64,000 bases of DNA from Pseudomonadales bacterium (GCA_028277965.1 JANQFF010000383.1:2325-66324), one strand, 5' to 3'; positions 38,434-47,777 are shown, counted from the stretch's first letter. Notes: a model not told the origin generated them from the sequence alone. Program-made: numbers and translations.

Positions 38434-39722
38434 TGGGTCAACACCCGTCGGTAGTAGTCTTCGAGTTCTCGTGCAGCGCGGTCGGCGCTGAAGTGCTCCT
38501 CGATGCGGGAGCGACCCAGAATGCTGAGGCGTTCGCGTTCAGCCGGGTCGTGGAGCAATCCGGCGATTGCTTGTGCAAGCTGGTGGCTATCGCCCCGGGG
38601 AACGACAACACCCGCGTCACCAACGACTTCCGGTAGTGCGCCCCCATCAGCTGCGACAACGGGTACTCCGCAGGCCATCGCTTCCGCTGCGGGCAAGCCA
38701 AATCCCTCGTATTCGGAGGGGACAATGGCAATGGTCGCCTGGCTGTAAAGATCGGCGATATCCGTATCGCTGACCCCGTGGACAAAACGGATCGAACCGT
38801 TCAAGCCATGCGCTCGTATGAGCGATTCTGTGGCACCGCCTGGTTTAGGCTTGCCGATGAACACCAACTCCAGGTCAGGGAATGATTGTTTCAGTTCCGC
38901 AAATGCGGGGATGAGATGTTGAGTACCCTTCAACGGCTGGTCGGCACTGGCAGTAGTGATCAGCGTGTGAGATTCCCGGTTGAGGTTGTGCGGAGCAAAC
39001 AGATCGAGATTTATACCGTTTGGAACGACGCTGATTCTTTGTGCATCGACACCAAACGCGCGTGCGATGTCATTTCGCGAGTTCTCACTGACCGTGACGA
39101 TGTACTGAAGCTTTCGGGTAACCCGGGTCTGCATCCTGAGAAAGTGGTGCCAGCGTTTGATCAGCAGCCGCAGCCCCCAGTTCTCCGCGTGGGCAACGGC
39201 GATATCCCGGTCGTGAGTAATCGGATGATGGATGGTTGTAACCAGTGGCAGACCCAGGTCCTGCAGGGCGAGCACACCGGGTGAAAGCGTCTGATTGTCG
39301 TGAATGATGTCGTATCGTTTACCCGTTTCCTTGAGGTAGGCATAGACCCGCCGCCCGAAGGTATATGGTTCAGGGAAACCGCCTGTCATCATGCTCAGCC
39401 ACTCAAACGTATCGGTGAAGGACCGCAGGTGTCGGAGCCGTAGAGCCAGGGCGGGATTGGTTTTGTCGTACAGGTTCAGGCCGGGCAGGCGAATCAGCTT
39501 CACCGGTGAATCAGGTTCGAGGGAGGGGTAAGGCTCTCCGGCGATAATGTGAACCTCGTGTCCACGCGTTGCCAGGCCTTCAGCAACGTTTTTAATGTAC
39601 ACACCCTGGCCGCCGCTGAATGGATTGCACCGGTAGCCAAGCAGCGCGATGCGTAACGGCTGGTCAGTCAATCCGTCTGGAGTAGTAACTTCAGAAGTTG
39701 CGATGCGCGCGGCATCTGGCAT
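38430..39722 (-). CDS. manT: GT4 glycosyltransferase, ManT-like
   Basis: ALLGYRCNPFSGGQGVY, GGFPEPYTF, IHDNQ, TIHHPIT, PLKG, EGFGLPAAEAMACG. Confidence 0.75.
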   Translation of the reverse strand: MPDAARIATSEVTTPDGLTDQPLRIALLGYRCNPFSGGQGVYIKNVAEGLATRGHEVHIIAGEPYPSLEPDSPVKLIRLPGLNLYDKTNPALALRLRHLRSFTDTFEWLSMMTGGFPEPYTFGRRVYAYLKETGKRYDIIHDNQTLSPGVLALQDLGLPLVTTIHHPITHDRDIAVAHAENWGLRLLIKRWHHFLRMQTRVTRKLQYIVTVSENSRNDIARAFGVDAQRISVVPNGINLDLFAPHNLNRESHTLITTASADQPLKGTQHLIPAFAELKQSFPDLELVFIGKPKPGGATESLIRAHGLNGSIRFVHGVSDTDIADLYSQATIAIVPSEYEGFGLPAAEAMACGVPVVAADGGALPEVVGDAGVVVPRGDSHQLAQAIAGLLHDPAERERLSILGRSRIEEHFSADRAARELEDYYRRVLTQ

Positions 39723-39772
39723 CGAAGAGCGCCCTTCTTGTTATTTTGCTCGGGGCGCGGATTCTATGAATA

Positions 39773-40684
39773 TCAGTGAGTGTTGTCGACGACCAGCTCT
39801 GGCGCGGCGTGCCCGAGATCTTCCTGCGCTGTTCGGTTGTCAGCATGCAGGTGCCGGTAGAGGTTGGCAATCCATTGCTGCCCCTGCTGTGTTCGCCTGA
39901 GGTAGTCGAGCCCCTCCTTGATGTAGGGGTGAACCTGGTTGTAGAAGAACTCGGGGAACCCAGCCCTGAGATCGCCCGGGTTATCGAAGCCCATGCGCCC
40001 GGCATCACCGGTTTCGACGAATTCCGCGAAGAGACGGGAGAGTTTCTCGAGATACTGAGGGTCCGCCATCTGCCCGATGAGATCAGCCGAGCGGACAAGC
40101 CCGGGCAAGCTGTCTGTGTCCGTATAACCCGGTCCCGACGGTACCGGGAAGCGTGTCATTTCGATACAGGCTCCGATGGTTCCGGTATCGAGGGCGGGAT
40201 CGTTGGCGAATCGCTCGGTGACGTAGAGTTTTCCACGAGACACATGGTACGGGGTCATAAACGCATCGGTACATCCAGGCGGAGGTGAGATGCGTTGCCC
40301 TTCATCGTTGATAGCGCAGGAAGTTGCGTCGTCATCGGACAGAAGGTTGCGGAGGTACCCGACATCATGAAACAGCATCGCAACCACTGCCTGCAACCAG
40401 TCATGTGCAGTGAGGTCACCGCGTGCAAGTTGGCGGCCCTGCAGGATACTCTGACCCACGTCGGTCACGAGGATCGTGTGTTGCAGGTCGTGATACGGGC
40501 AGTCGCAATTCAGCAGCGTTTCGAGCGCGGTGCGAGTGGCCTGTTCGAGACTCTGCTCCTGAGCGCTGTCAGGGGCGGAAAACAGGCGACGGAACTCGTT
40601 GAGCGAGTGCTCGACGAACGCATCGATGATTCTGCTGTTGGGGTTGAACATGGAATGAGTGTACGGCAACGAAGTTGACGTCAT
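39773..40684 (-). CDS. HD-domain metal-dependent phosphohydrolase
   Basis: YHDLQHT, LFHDVGY, HVSR, SADLIGQ; start ATG 40684 or 40651. Confidence 0.85.
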   Translation of the reverse strand: MTSTSLPYTHSMFNPNSRIIDAFVEHSLNEFRRLFSAPDSAQEQSLEQATRTALETLLNCDCPYHDLQHTILVTDVGQSILQGRQLARGDLTAHDWLQAVVAMLFHDVGYLRNLLSDDDATSCAINDEGQRISPPPGCTDAFMTPYHVSRGKLYVTERFANDPALDTGTIGACIEMTRFPVPSGPGYTDTDSLPGLVRSADLIGQMADPQYLEKLSRLFAEFVETGDAGRMGFDNPGDLRAGFPEFFYNQVHPYIKEGLDYLRRTQQGQQWIANLYRHLHADNRTAQEDLGHAAPELVVDNTH

Positions 40685-40764
40685 CGTGCTCTGTGCCTCA
40701 CTTCCACAGGGTTCTGGCGCGGTGGTAGCGGGTTGCTGCGGACTAGTGACAGCCTGCCATAAAA

Positions 40765-40808
40765 TGAATATCATGCATGTTAACGACTTCCGGCATGAGC
40801 GAGATTCA
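40765..40808. promoter_or_regulatory. Two MetR-type boxes
   Basis: TGAATATCATGCA (40765-40777) and TGAGCGAGATTCA (40796-40808) versus consensus TGAANNTNNTTCA, just upstream of metR. Confidence 0.6.
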
Positions 40809-40821
40809 TGTCACACGAACC

Positions 40822-41751
40822 ATGTCACATATAGAACTCAGACACCTGCGCACCCTGGTTGCGTTACGGGATACCGGCAGTCTGGTGGAAGCTGCGGAAC
40901 GGGTGTTCCTGACCCAGTCTGCGCTCTCACACCAGATCAAAGAGCTCGAATCCAGGATTGGGTGCGCGCTTTTTGTACGTAAAACCCGGCCCGTACGGTT
41001 TACGAGTGCGGGAAACCGGCTGCTGCGCCTGGCGGATGAGGTGCTGCCGCGGGTACATAGCGCTGAACTCGACCTGCAACGTCTCGCCGGAGGTGAATCG
41101 GGACGACTGTTCATGGCGATTGAATGTCACAGCTGTTTCGAATGGCTGCTGCCTGCAATTGATCAGTATCGTGACGAATGGCCGGACGTGGAACTCGATA
41201 TTGCCAGTGGATTTCATTTTGCGCCGCTGCCTGCCCTGGGCCGGGGAGATCTCGATCTTGTCATCACCGCAGATCCGACAGATGAAGGAGATGTTCACTA
41301 CTTTCCGTTGTTCAGCTACGAGGCACAGCTTGCGTTGTCCAAAGATCACTTCCTGGTCAACAAGGAGTGGATCGACCCCCAGGATCTGGCTGAAGAAACC
41401 CTGATAAGCTACCCGGTGGACAGGTCCCGGCTCGATGTGTTTACCGGGTTTCTGGATCCAGCTGCGGTTGAGCCGAAGCGCGTCCGACATGCAGAGCTCA
41501 CAACCATGATTGTGCAACTCGTCGCATCGGATCGTGGTGTAGCCTGCCTGCCAAACTGGGCGTTACACGAATACACTGAAAAGGACTATCTGACCGCCAG
41601 GTCCCTTGGTGAAGAAGGTGTGTGGCCGACGCTCTACGCGGCTGTTCGCAAAGACCAGGCGCAGGCTGCGTTCATGCTGGGGTTTGTGGATATCGCGAAG
41701 AAAACGTGTTTTTCCAACCTGCACGGGATAGTCACCGCCGAATTAGATTGA
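40822..41751 (+). CDS. metR: LysR-family regulator MetR
   Basis: IELRHLRTL...LTQSALSHQ HTH and the MetR signature AIECHSCFEWL; start ATG 40822. Confidence 0.92.
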   Translation: MSHIELRHLRTLVALRDTGSLVEAAERVFLTQSALSHQIKELESRIGCALFVRKTRPVRFTSAGNRLLRLADEVLPRVHSAELDLQRLAGGESGRLFMAIECHSCFEWLLPAIDQYRDEWPDVELDIASGFHFAPLPALGRGDLDLVITADPTDEGDVHYFPLFSYEAQLALSKDHFLVNKEWIDPQDLAEETLISYPVDRSRLDVFTGFLDPAAVEPKRVRHAELTTMIVQLVASDRGVACLPNWALHEYTEKDYLTARSLGEEGVWPTLYAAVRKDQAQAAFMLGFVDIAKKTCFSNLHGIVTAELD

Positions 41752-41822
41752 AATCGCGGCTGAAGCCGCTCCCACAGTACATATCTCGCTATCTCCATGT
41801 GGGAGCGGCTTTAGCCGCGATT
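41752..41822. repeat. REP doublet (REPIN-like) inverted repeat
   Basis: 25-bp arms 41752-41776 and 41798-41822 match 24/25; unit TGTGGGAGCGGCTTTAGCCGCGA has an internal palindrome; lies between convergent genes. Confidence 0.85.
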
Positions 41823-41823
41823 C

Positions 41824-42393
41824 TTAAGGCACCAGCGTTCTCGTATGCCACTCTCCGTCGTTCAGGTACGAATACGTCCTCGCGTGGATACCGTTCTCCT
41901 GGGTCAGGTCCAGCCGCTCGATGGTCTGAATGTCGAGATACAGCCCTCGTGCATTGCCCGGTGCAACCAGGGGGTCAGGAAGCTCCAGGCTACCCACCTG
42001 GGCGAGCAGCTCGTCACGACTTTCGACAGGCGTGCTCTGGGGTGTGGTTGTCTGGTAGAACCAGTCCATCCGTTTCGGCGCATCAGGCCGCAACTGCCAG
42101 CTCTCGTGAACGAGTTCTGCGGGGATGGCTTCAGGCCGTACCTGCATCCTGTACTGAATCTGCACACTCGGCCAGTATGTGAGCACGGCAAATCCCGAGT
42201 GCAGCTGAGACCACTTCGGGCTGGTGGCGTTGACGAAAACAGCCAGGCGCTCTTCCATGTCCCTGAGAACGAGTGTGCGCAGTTGAGCATTTCCGTCGCT
42301 GTCCATATTGGCGACTGAACAGAGCGCAGCCATGGGATCACCCGCGTCACGGGCACGCTGGCGATCTTCAAAAAATGCCTCCAGCGGGTTCAA
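41824..42393 (-). CDS. Pyridoxamine 5'-phosphate oxidase-like FMN-binding protein
   Basis: RTLVLR, SPKW, YWPSVQIQYR, PQS, ERLDL. Confidence 0.8.
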   Translation of the reverse strand: MNPLEAFFEDRQRARDAGDPMAALCSVANMDSDGNAQLRTLVLRDMEERLAVFVNATSPKWSQLHSGFAVLTYWPSVQIQYRMQVRPEAIPAELVHESWQLRPDAPKRMDWFYQTTTPQSTPVESRDELLAQVGSLELPDPLVAPGNARGLYLDIQTIERLDLTQENGIHARTYSYLNDGEWHTRTLVP

Positions 42394-43262
42394 AGGTTCA
42401 GATCCGCCTGAATGATCTCTACCCAGCGCTCAGCAGAGATGAAGCCGCTGGCCCAGACCGCGTAGTCCTGCTGGATATCTGCAGCGATATCAGCCGCATC
42501 TTTTCCCTCCTGAAGAGCCATGCGGATGGCCGTGGCAGTTGTTTTGACGGTTGCGGTGGTGGTTTCGAGATCTTCTACAGTGGCCAGCGGACCGTGCCCG
42601 GGAATGATCTGTATATCTCCGGGAATCATGGCCAGAACGTTTTCAACGTTGGCGATAAAGCCATCCACCGAGCCACCGCTGTTGATGTCGACAAACGGGA
42701 AGCGACCGTTGAAGAAGAGATCACCCATGTGGATGACATTGGCCGTTTTGAACCAGACCACACTGTCCCCGTCTGTGTGCCCGCTGGGTAAGTGCATGAC
42801 GCTGATTTCCTCATCGTTGAAGTGAACATTGAGGTTTTCGTCATAGGTGACGAGGGGCAGGCCGCTGCGGGGATAGTTTTCCTCTCCGAGGAGCCTGACC
42901 CGGACGTTGTGGTGGGAGACAATTGTGCCGGTCTTGCCCATTTCGGGGTTGGACCCGGTGTGATCGCCGTGCCAGTGCGTATTCAGAATGAGTTTCGGTC
43001 GTCCGCCGCCGAGGCCGTCGAGGGCAGCAATGATCTTGTCAGCAAGGGGCGCAAACTGATCGTCGATGATCAGCGTGCCATCGGGTCCGATGGAAACGCC
43101 TATGTTGCCACCGGCACCTTCGAGCATATGCACGGTACCCGCCACGTGTGTGGCTTTCATCTCCACGTCAGCGAAACGGTCCGTAGCTGGACCTGCCTCC
43201 GCAAAATCTGGTGTGGTTGCGATAACACTGCACGCGATCACGATTGTGATGAGTTTTCTCAT
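42390..43262 (-). CDS. Exported metallo-beta-lactamase-fold hydrolase
   Basis: Signal peptide; THWHGDH, GHTDGD, GDL, PGHG. Confidence 0.9.
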   Translation of the reverse strand: MRKLITIVIACSVIATTPDFAEAGPATDRFADVEMKATHVAGTVHMLEGAGGNIGVSIGPDGTLIIDDQFAPLADKIIAALDGLGGGRPKLILNTHWHGDHTGSNPEMGKTGTIVSHHNVRVRLLGEENYPRSGLPLVTYDENLNVHFNDEEISVMHLPSGHTDGDSVVWFKTANVIHMGDLFFNGRFPFVDINSGGSVDGFIANVENVLAMIPGDIQIIPGHGPLATVEDLETTTATVKTTATAIRMALQEGKDAADIAADIQQDYAVWASGFISAERWVEIIQADLNL

Positions 43263-44032
43263 TGGGTTCTCCCAAAATTGATGTGCGTACCTGTTTTTGT
43301 GTGGTCCGCCCAGTCTTCCGGGGCGTTTGCCTGATGGGTTTTCATGATGCGATACAGAAAGCCGTGGCCACTGGCAGACAGGGCATCCTGAATCATGTTT
43401 TCCGAATCGACTTCGGCGGCTCTGCGTAACATGCGTTCGAAATTGAAGATGAAGTTGTTGGTGTGTCGGGCACGAATCTCTGTACCGTAGAAGAGATCGT
43501 GTTGCTCCTGTGGATCATCCAGTCGCAGATTGGCGGTCAACAGACGCCTTGAAAAGACTTCATCGTCTCCCTGGCTCTGGGTGGTAAACAGCTTTGCCAT
43601 CTCGTCGCCGTCGACGACGCCGGATCCCGAATCGCCATGGCTGCTGACGTAGAGAAGCCCGGCGATGGATCCCAGCTGGGAACTGATTGATTTGGAAATC
43701 TGCAGGAAAGCCTCCTGGCGCGCGTGCAGTTCGCTGGCGGCCAGGTTCTCTGACTGAATCACAGCCTGCTCTGCACTGCGCCGGATTTCAGTTGCCTGCA
43801 GTCTCAGCGCTTCGGTGTTCTGCTGTAACTCCTTCTGCTGGAGAAAGTAACCGATGACAAGCCAGAGGAATGCAAGAGGTGCGGAAGCGCCCTCGAGGAA
43901 GTTACCCATCCTTTCGGGGGGCAGAATGGTGAACTCAGCCCATCCGATGACCGATGCGATATATGCAAAACCCAGGAGAAGCCAGGTTGCGGTCAGTCCC
44001 AGCCCCAGCCAGATGCGCCAGTCCATGGACAT
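43259..44032 (-). CDS. Hypothetical membrane protein with coiled coil
   Basis: Two N-terminal TM helices (GNFLEGASAPLAFLWL) followed by Q/E-rich heptads. Confidence 0.75.
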   Translation of the reverse strand: MSMDWRIWLGLGLTATWLLLGFAYIASVIGWAEFTILPPERMGNFLEGASAPLAFLWLVIGYFLQQKELQQNTEALRLQATEIRRSAEQAVIQSENLAASELHARQEAFLQISKSISSQLGSIAGLLYVSSHGDSGSGVVDGDEMAKLFTTQSQGDDEVFSRRLLTANLRLDDPQEQHDLFYGTEIRARHTNNFIFNFERMLRRAAEVDSENMIQDALSASGHGFLYRIMKTHQANAPEDWADHTKTGTHINFGRTQ

Positions 44033-44034
44033 GG

Positions 44035-44268
44035 TCAGTCGTCGGTTGAATCACCATCGTCAGCGTCTGCAGCCTCGACTTCTGGTTCCGGTTCAGGTGC
44101 AGATGCGATCTCTTCAGGTGGTTCGGTCTGATCTTCGGTGCGACGACGAATTTCGGCAACGTCACGTTGAATTTCACTGAGCCGGAAGAGGATATCCGGA
44201 ATCTGATCGCTGATTCGCCAGGCGAGATAAGCTATCGCCAGCAGGACAACAAAACTGAAAAAACCCAT
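44035..44268 (-). CDS. Small single-TM protein with acidic tail
   Basis: MGFFSFVVLLAIAYLAW...; ATG 44268 after GGGAG. Confidence 0.65.
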   Translation of the reverse strand: MGFFSFVVLLAIAYLAWRISDQIPDILFRLSEIQRDVAEIRRRTEDQTEPPEEIASAPEPEPEVEAADADDGDSTDD

Positions 44269-44311
44269 TTGTGTACTCCCGTTGCTACCCGAATATTCTA
44301 TAACAGCTATA

Positions 44312-44983
44312 TCAGGGTGAGTCGAGCGACCCGGTGATGGATTTGCGCTGACTGATCTCGATCCAGTTGCCGTCGGGGTCACGCACAAAGGAAATGTAGG
44401 CGACGTCACCCAGGCGCAAAGGGGCCATACCTTCCGCGCCGCCATGGGTCAAAACATGCTCATGGGTACCGACAACGTCGAAAACCTGGAATGTCATGTA
44501 GCGGTAACCGGGAGCTGCCCGCTCAAAATCCCCCACCTCACCGGAGACAAGCTGGATCCGCGAAGCACCAACGGCAAAACAGGCGGGTGAGACCTCTTCG
44601 AGGCCCAGTGTGTCGCCGTAAAACTCACTCGATCGGGCGACGTCGTTTGCATTGAGGATGAGGTCCAGGTTGCGGTTTTCCTCGGCAGGCAGCAGCTGCA
44701 CCTCGTTACCGTCCGGATCGTAAAGCTCGATGGGCTCGTCTATAACGGTATCGTAGATCCTCAGGTTAGCGAGACCGGATGGTGGGCTGTCAGGCAGAGG
44801 GTCTCGGGAGTGGTTCACTTTCAGAACGCTCTCCCCGATGGCGTGACGATGCTGACGCACACCACCACCCACAGGCAACATCTCTGTGTACTGGAGATGC
44901 GCTTGCTCGTGCCAGAAGGCGAGCATAGCATCGAGGTTATTGGTATAGAGACCCACGTCCAAAGCCTGTTTTGCCAGTTCCAC
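44312..44983 (-). CDS. VOC/glyoxalase family protein (two modules)
   Basis: YDPDGNEVQL and VRDPDGNWIEI. Confidence 0.85.
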   Translation of the reverse strand: MELAKQALDVGLYTNNLDAMLAFWHEQAHLQYTEMLPVGGGVRQHRHAIGESVLKVNHSRDPLPDSPPSGLANLRIYDTVIDEPIELYDPDGNEVQLLPAEENRNLDLILNANDVARSSEFYGDTLGLEEVSPACFAVGASRIQLVSGEVGDFERAAPGYRYMTFQVFDVVGTHEHVLTHGGAEGMAPLRLGDVAYISFVRDPDGNWIEISQRKSITGSLDSP

Positions 44984-45891
44984 AAGAAATCTCCGCGTTT
45001 AAAGAACGATTAGAACAGATCCACGGTGCAAAAGTGACTGTGGACATCCTGAATGAACTCGAGCACGACGAGGTCCTGTCCTACTGGATCAACCCGCTCG
45101 TTGATGGCAAAAGCGAGGTTGAGTTCGATCCCGTGGGTGAGCCTGTTTCGGGTCAGTCCGGACTGTACCGGGTAACGAGGTCGAGTGGCCTGACGCAGAC
45201 TGAAGCTGCGACAACTGGACGGATTTACATACAGAACGCGTCGAGTTTCCTCGCGGTCAAGGTGCTCGACCCGCAGCCGGATGAAGAGATTCTGGATCTG
45301 GCGGCCGCTCCAGGCGGAAAGACAATTGCGATTGCGGCGGCCATGACAAATACAGGCCGCCTGGCCGCAGTGGAACCTGTCAAACAGCGTTTCTTCCGGC
45401 TGAAAGCGAATCTCGAGCGGTGTGGGGTGACAAACGTGCAGCTTTATCAGCGTGACGGCCGCGGTGTGGGCCGGGCGGTGCCGGACCGGTTCGACCGTGT
45501 CCTTCTGGATGCCCCCTGCAGTTCCGAATCCCATATGCGCTGGAATGATCCCTCGAGCTATCGTCACTGGTCACTCAGGAAGGTCAAAGAGTGTCAGCGC
45601 AAACAGAAAGGCCTGATTCGCTCCGCATACCAGGCGCTGAAACCGGGTGGGGTGCTGGTCTATTGCACGTGCAGTTTTGCCCCGGAAGAGAATGAAGCTG
45701 TGGTGGACTATCTTCTGAAGCGCAGTAGTGCCCGGGTTACCGCGATACCGGCGGTTGTAAATGATTGGCTTGCCGGTCTGACAGAGTGGCAAGGCCGGAA
45801 ATTCCATCCGTCCATTGGCGAGAGCAGGCGGATCCTGCCACGGGATGTCTGGGATGGGTTCTATCTCTGCAGAATTGAGAAACCTGCGTGA
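44971..45891 (+). CDS. RsmB/NOP2 family RNA m5C methyltransferase (catalytic core only)
   Basis: DLAAAPGGKT, LLDAPCS, YCTCSFAPEENE with both catalytic Cys. Confidence 0.9.
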   Translation: MPVPQEISAFKERLEQIHGAKVTVDILNELEHDEVLSYWINPLVDGKSEVEFDPVGEPVSGQSGLYRVTRSSGLTQTEAATTGRIYIQNASSFLAVKVLDPQPDEEILDLAAAPGGKTIAIAAAMTNTGRLAAVEPVKQRFFRLKANLERCGVTNVQLYQRDGRGVGRAVPDRFDRVLLDAPCSSESHMRWNDPSSYRHWSLRKVKECQRKQKGLIRSAYQALKPGGVLVYCTCSFAPEENEAVVDYLLKRSSARVTAIPAVVNDWLAGLTEWQGRKFHPSIGESRRILPRDVWDGFYLCRIEKPA

Positions 45892-45898
45892 GATACCA

Positions 45899-46393
45899 TC
45901 ACTGAGCGGGTTCTTCTTCGGGGCGGGTCGCGTTGGCGAATGTCGCGACATCAAAATAGTCCCGCCATACCCTAATTCTGCCGTTTTCCATCTCGAACAC
46001 GCCGACACATGGTAAGTCGACCTTCCGGCCGCCGATGACTGTGCGATCGATCCTTTCGGCAAATACCAGGTCATCCTGCGCAACGATGGTTACCATTTCC
46101 CAATCCGTCTTGTCCCAGGACTGCAGGAAGTTACGGATATACTCACGCACGTTGTCCCGGCCGCTCACTGGCTGTAGCGGCATATTGAAGTACGTGCCGT
46201 CCTCGGTGAAATAACCCGCCAGTTCGTCTGCATCCAGGCGCGACCAGGCAGCAACGAAATCGCGAATGATCTGCTCGTTGTCTGCTTCGCTTGCTGTGTT
46301 GCCTGTCTGGATCGACTGACACCCGCCCAGAAACGCAGACAGCGCAATTGCCATGGCAATCATCAAAGTCCTGGAAGTTCTGTTTTTTAACAT
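45899..46393 (-). CDS. Limonene-1,2-epoxide hydrolase family lipoprotein
   Basis: YFN, ERID, WRDYFD catalytic motifs; lipobox FLGGC. Confidence 0.85.
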   Translation of the reverse strand: MLKNRTSRTLMIAMAIALSAFLGGCQSIQTGNTASEADNEQIIRDFVAAWSRLDADELAGYFTEDGTYFNMPLQPVSGRDNVREYIRNFLQSWDKTDWEMVTIVAQDDLVFAERIDRTVIGGRKVDLPCVGVFEMENGRIRVWRDYFDVATFANATRPEEEPAQ

Positions 46394-46404
46394 AATGAAG
46401 ATCC

Positions 46405-47634
46405 CTACTTTGGTGGCGGTGGGCCAATTGGAACGCCTGCCCCACCGGCAAATTCAGCGGACGGTTCGTGACCCAGCAGGATCGCTCCCAGGTCCTCGTA
46501 CAAAGGATGGGCAATCCAGCGGTGGCTGGCTGTCCCATGTGCATCCCTGAGCTGTCTTTCCAATGGGCTGTGCATGCGCATGGCACTTGTCCCGGCGGTA
46601 TTGTGCAGCATGTCGACAATTTCCATACATTCGTTCCCCGCGTGCACACAGGCAAGCCGGGCGTCCTGGGTCGTTTTTGCACCAGGCAGATCGTCATTAC
46701 CTTTGAGCTCTTCCTCCATTGCCGCCATGGCTTCCATCAGGAACGCGCGGCACGATCGGTACTTCGCTTCCGCAAGGCCCATACGCCACTTGGCAATGCC
46801 ACGATTTGCCAGCGATGACGACGACAACATCGGTATCTTGTTTTGAGCGACGTCAGCAAACACCTGTAAAGCGCCTCTGGCGATACCGAGCGCGATCGCT
46901 GCTTTGTTGTACGCAAGGCGCATGCCGGTAGGCATGCGATAGACCGGGTTTGGATAGTGTGCGGGAACGGTCCACAGGCTCACACCGGCGAATCTCGCAG
47001 GTATCACCGCACCGTCCGCTTTGACGTCGTGAGATCCGGAACCTCTCAAACCCGCTACATCCCATGTATCCATAATCTCCCATTGATCCCGCGGCAGCAT
47101 CCAGACGTTGAATATCGGTACACCGTTTTCATCGAGTTCCATCTCGTCGCCTTTCATGAGGGGTGCGGGCATGAAACACCAGGTCGCGTTGTGACAACCC
47201 GATATGAATGTCGTCTGCCCCCAGACTTTGATGCTGCCGTCAGGTTGGCGCTCTGCGCGGGACGGCGTGCTACCCGGTCCACCCCCGCCGCACATGATTA
47301 CGCGCGGATTGTCGAGATAGACTTCTTGCGCGAGTTCCGGATCCATCCCGCCAACCGCCATGGCATTGATTTCCGAACCGAGCATCACGTTCCACGCCAC
47401 AGACGCATCGATGGCAGCCATGTGTTCCAGGATCTCGATGGTTTCCATGGAGCTGGCATTTTCGCCGCCCATCTCCTCGGGTAGGGCAAACCGGAAAAAG
47501 CCCTCGTCGACCAGGGCCTCGACAACATCGTCGGGCAGCCGCCGCAGTTCCTGGCCCTCGTCGCCGCCTCTGGCGATGATCGGACGCATTTCTTCGATCT
47601 TTGCCAGACGGGTCTCGTGAACTTCACGCGCCAT
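46405..47634 (-). CDS. Flavin-dependent monooxygenase oxygenase subunit (HsaA-like, acyl-CoA dehydrogenase fold)
   Basis: DASVAW, FISGCHNATW, DTWDVAGLRGSGSHD, LERQLRDAH. Confidence 0.87.
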   Translation of the reverse strand: MAREVHETRLAKIEEMRPIIARGGDEGQELRRLPDDVVEALVDEGFFRFALPEEMGGENASSMETIEILEHMAAIDASVAWNVMLGSEINAMAVGGMDPELAQEVYLDNPRVIMCGGGGPGSTPSRAERQPDGSIKVWGQTTFISGCHNATWCFMPAPLMKGDEMELDENGVPIFNVWMLPRDQWEIMDTWDVAGLRGSGSHDVKADGAVIPARFAGVSLWTVPAHYPNPVYRMPTGMRLAYNKAAIALGIARGALQVFADVAQNKIPMLSSSSLANRGIAKWRMGLAEAKYRSCRAFLMEAMAAMEEELKGNDDLPGAKTTQDARLACVHAGNECMEIVDMLHNTAGTSAMRMHSPLERQLRDAHGTASHRWIAHPLYEDLGAILLGHEPSAEFAGGAGVPIGPPPPK

Positions 47635-47777
47635 CAGGTGGTTCCTTCTAGTGTGTCGCTACAGACGGACGGAACTAGCTACGCTACAAAACCCACTGCT
47701 GTGCTCAATCCGTAGAAGCGCGTAGGCGCGGTGGCCGGAAATGAGGACCTTGACCTGGCCTCGCCGCGTGCCAACAT

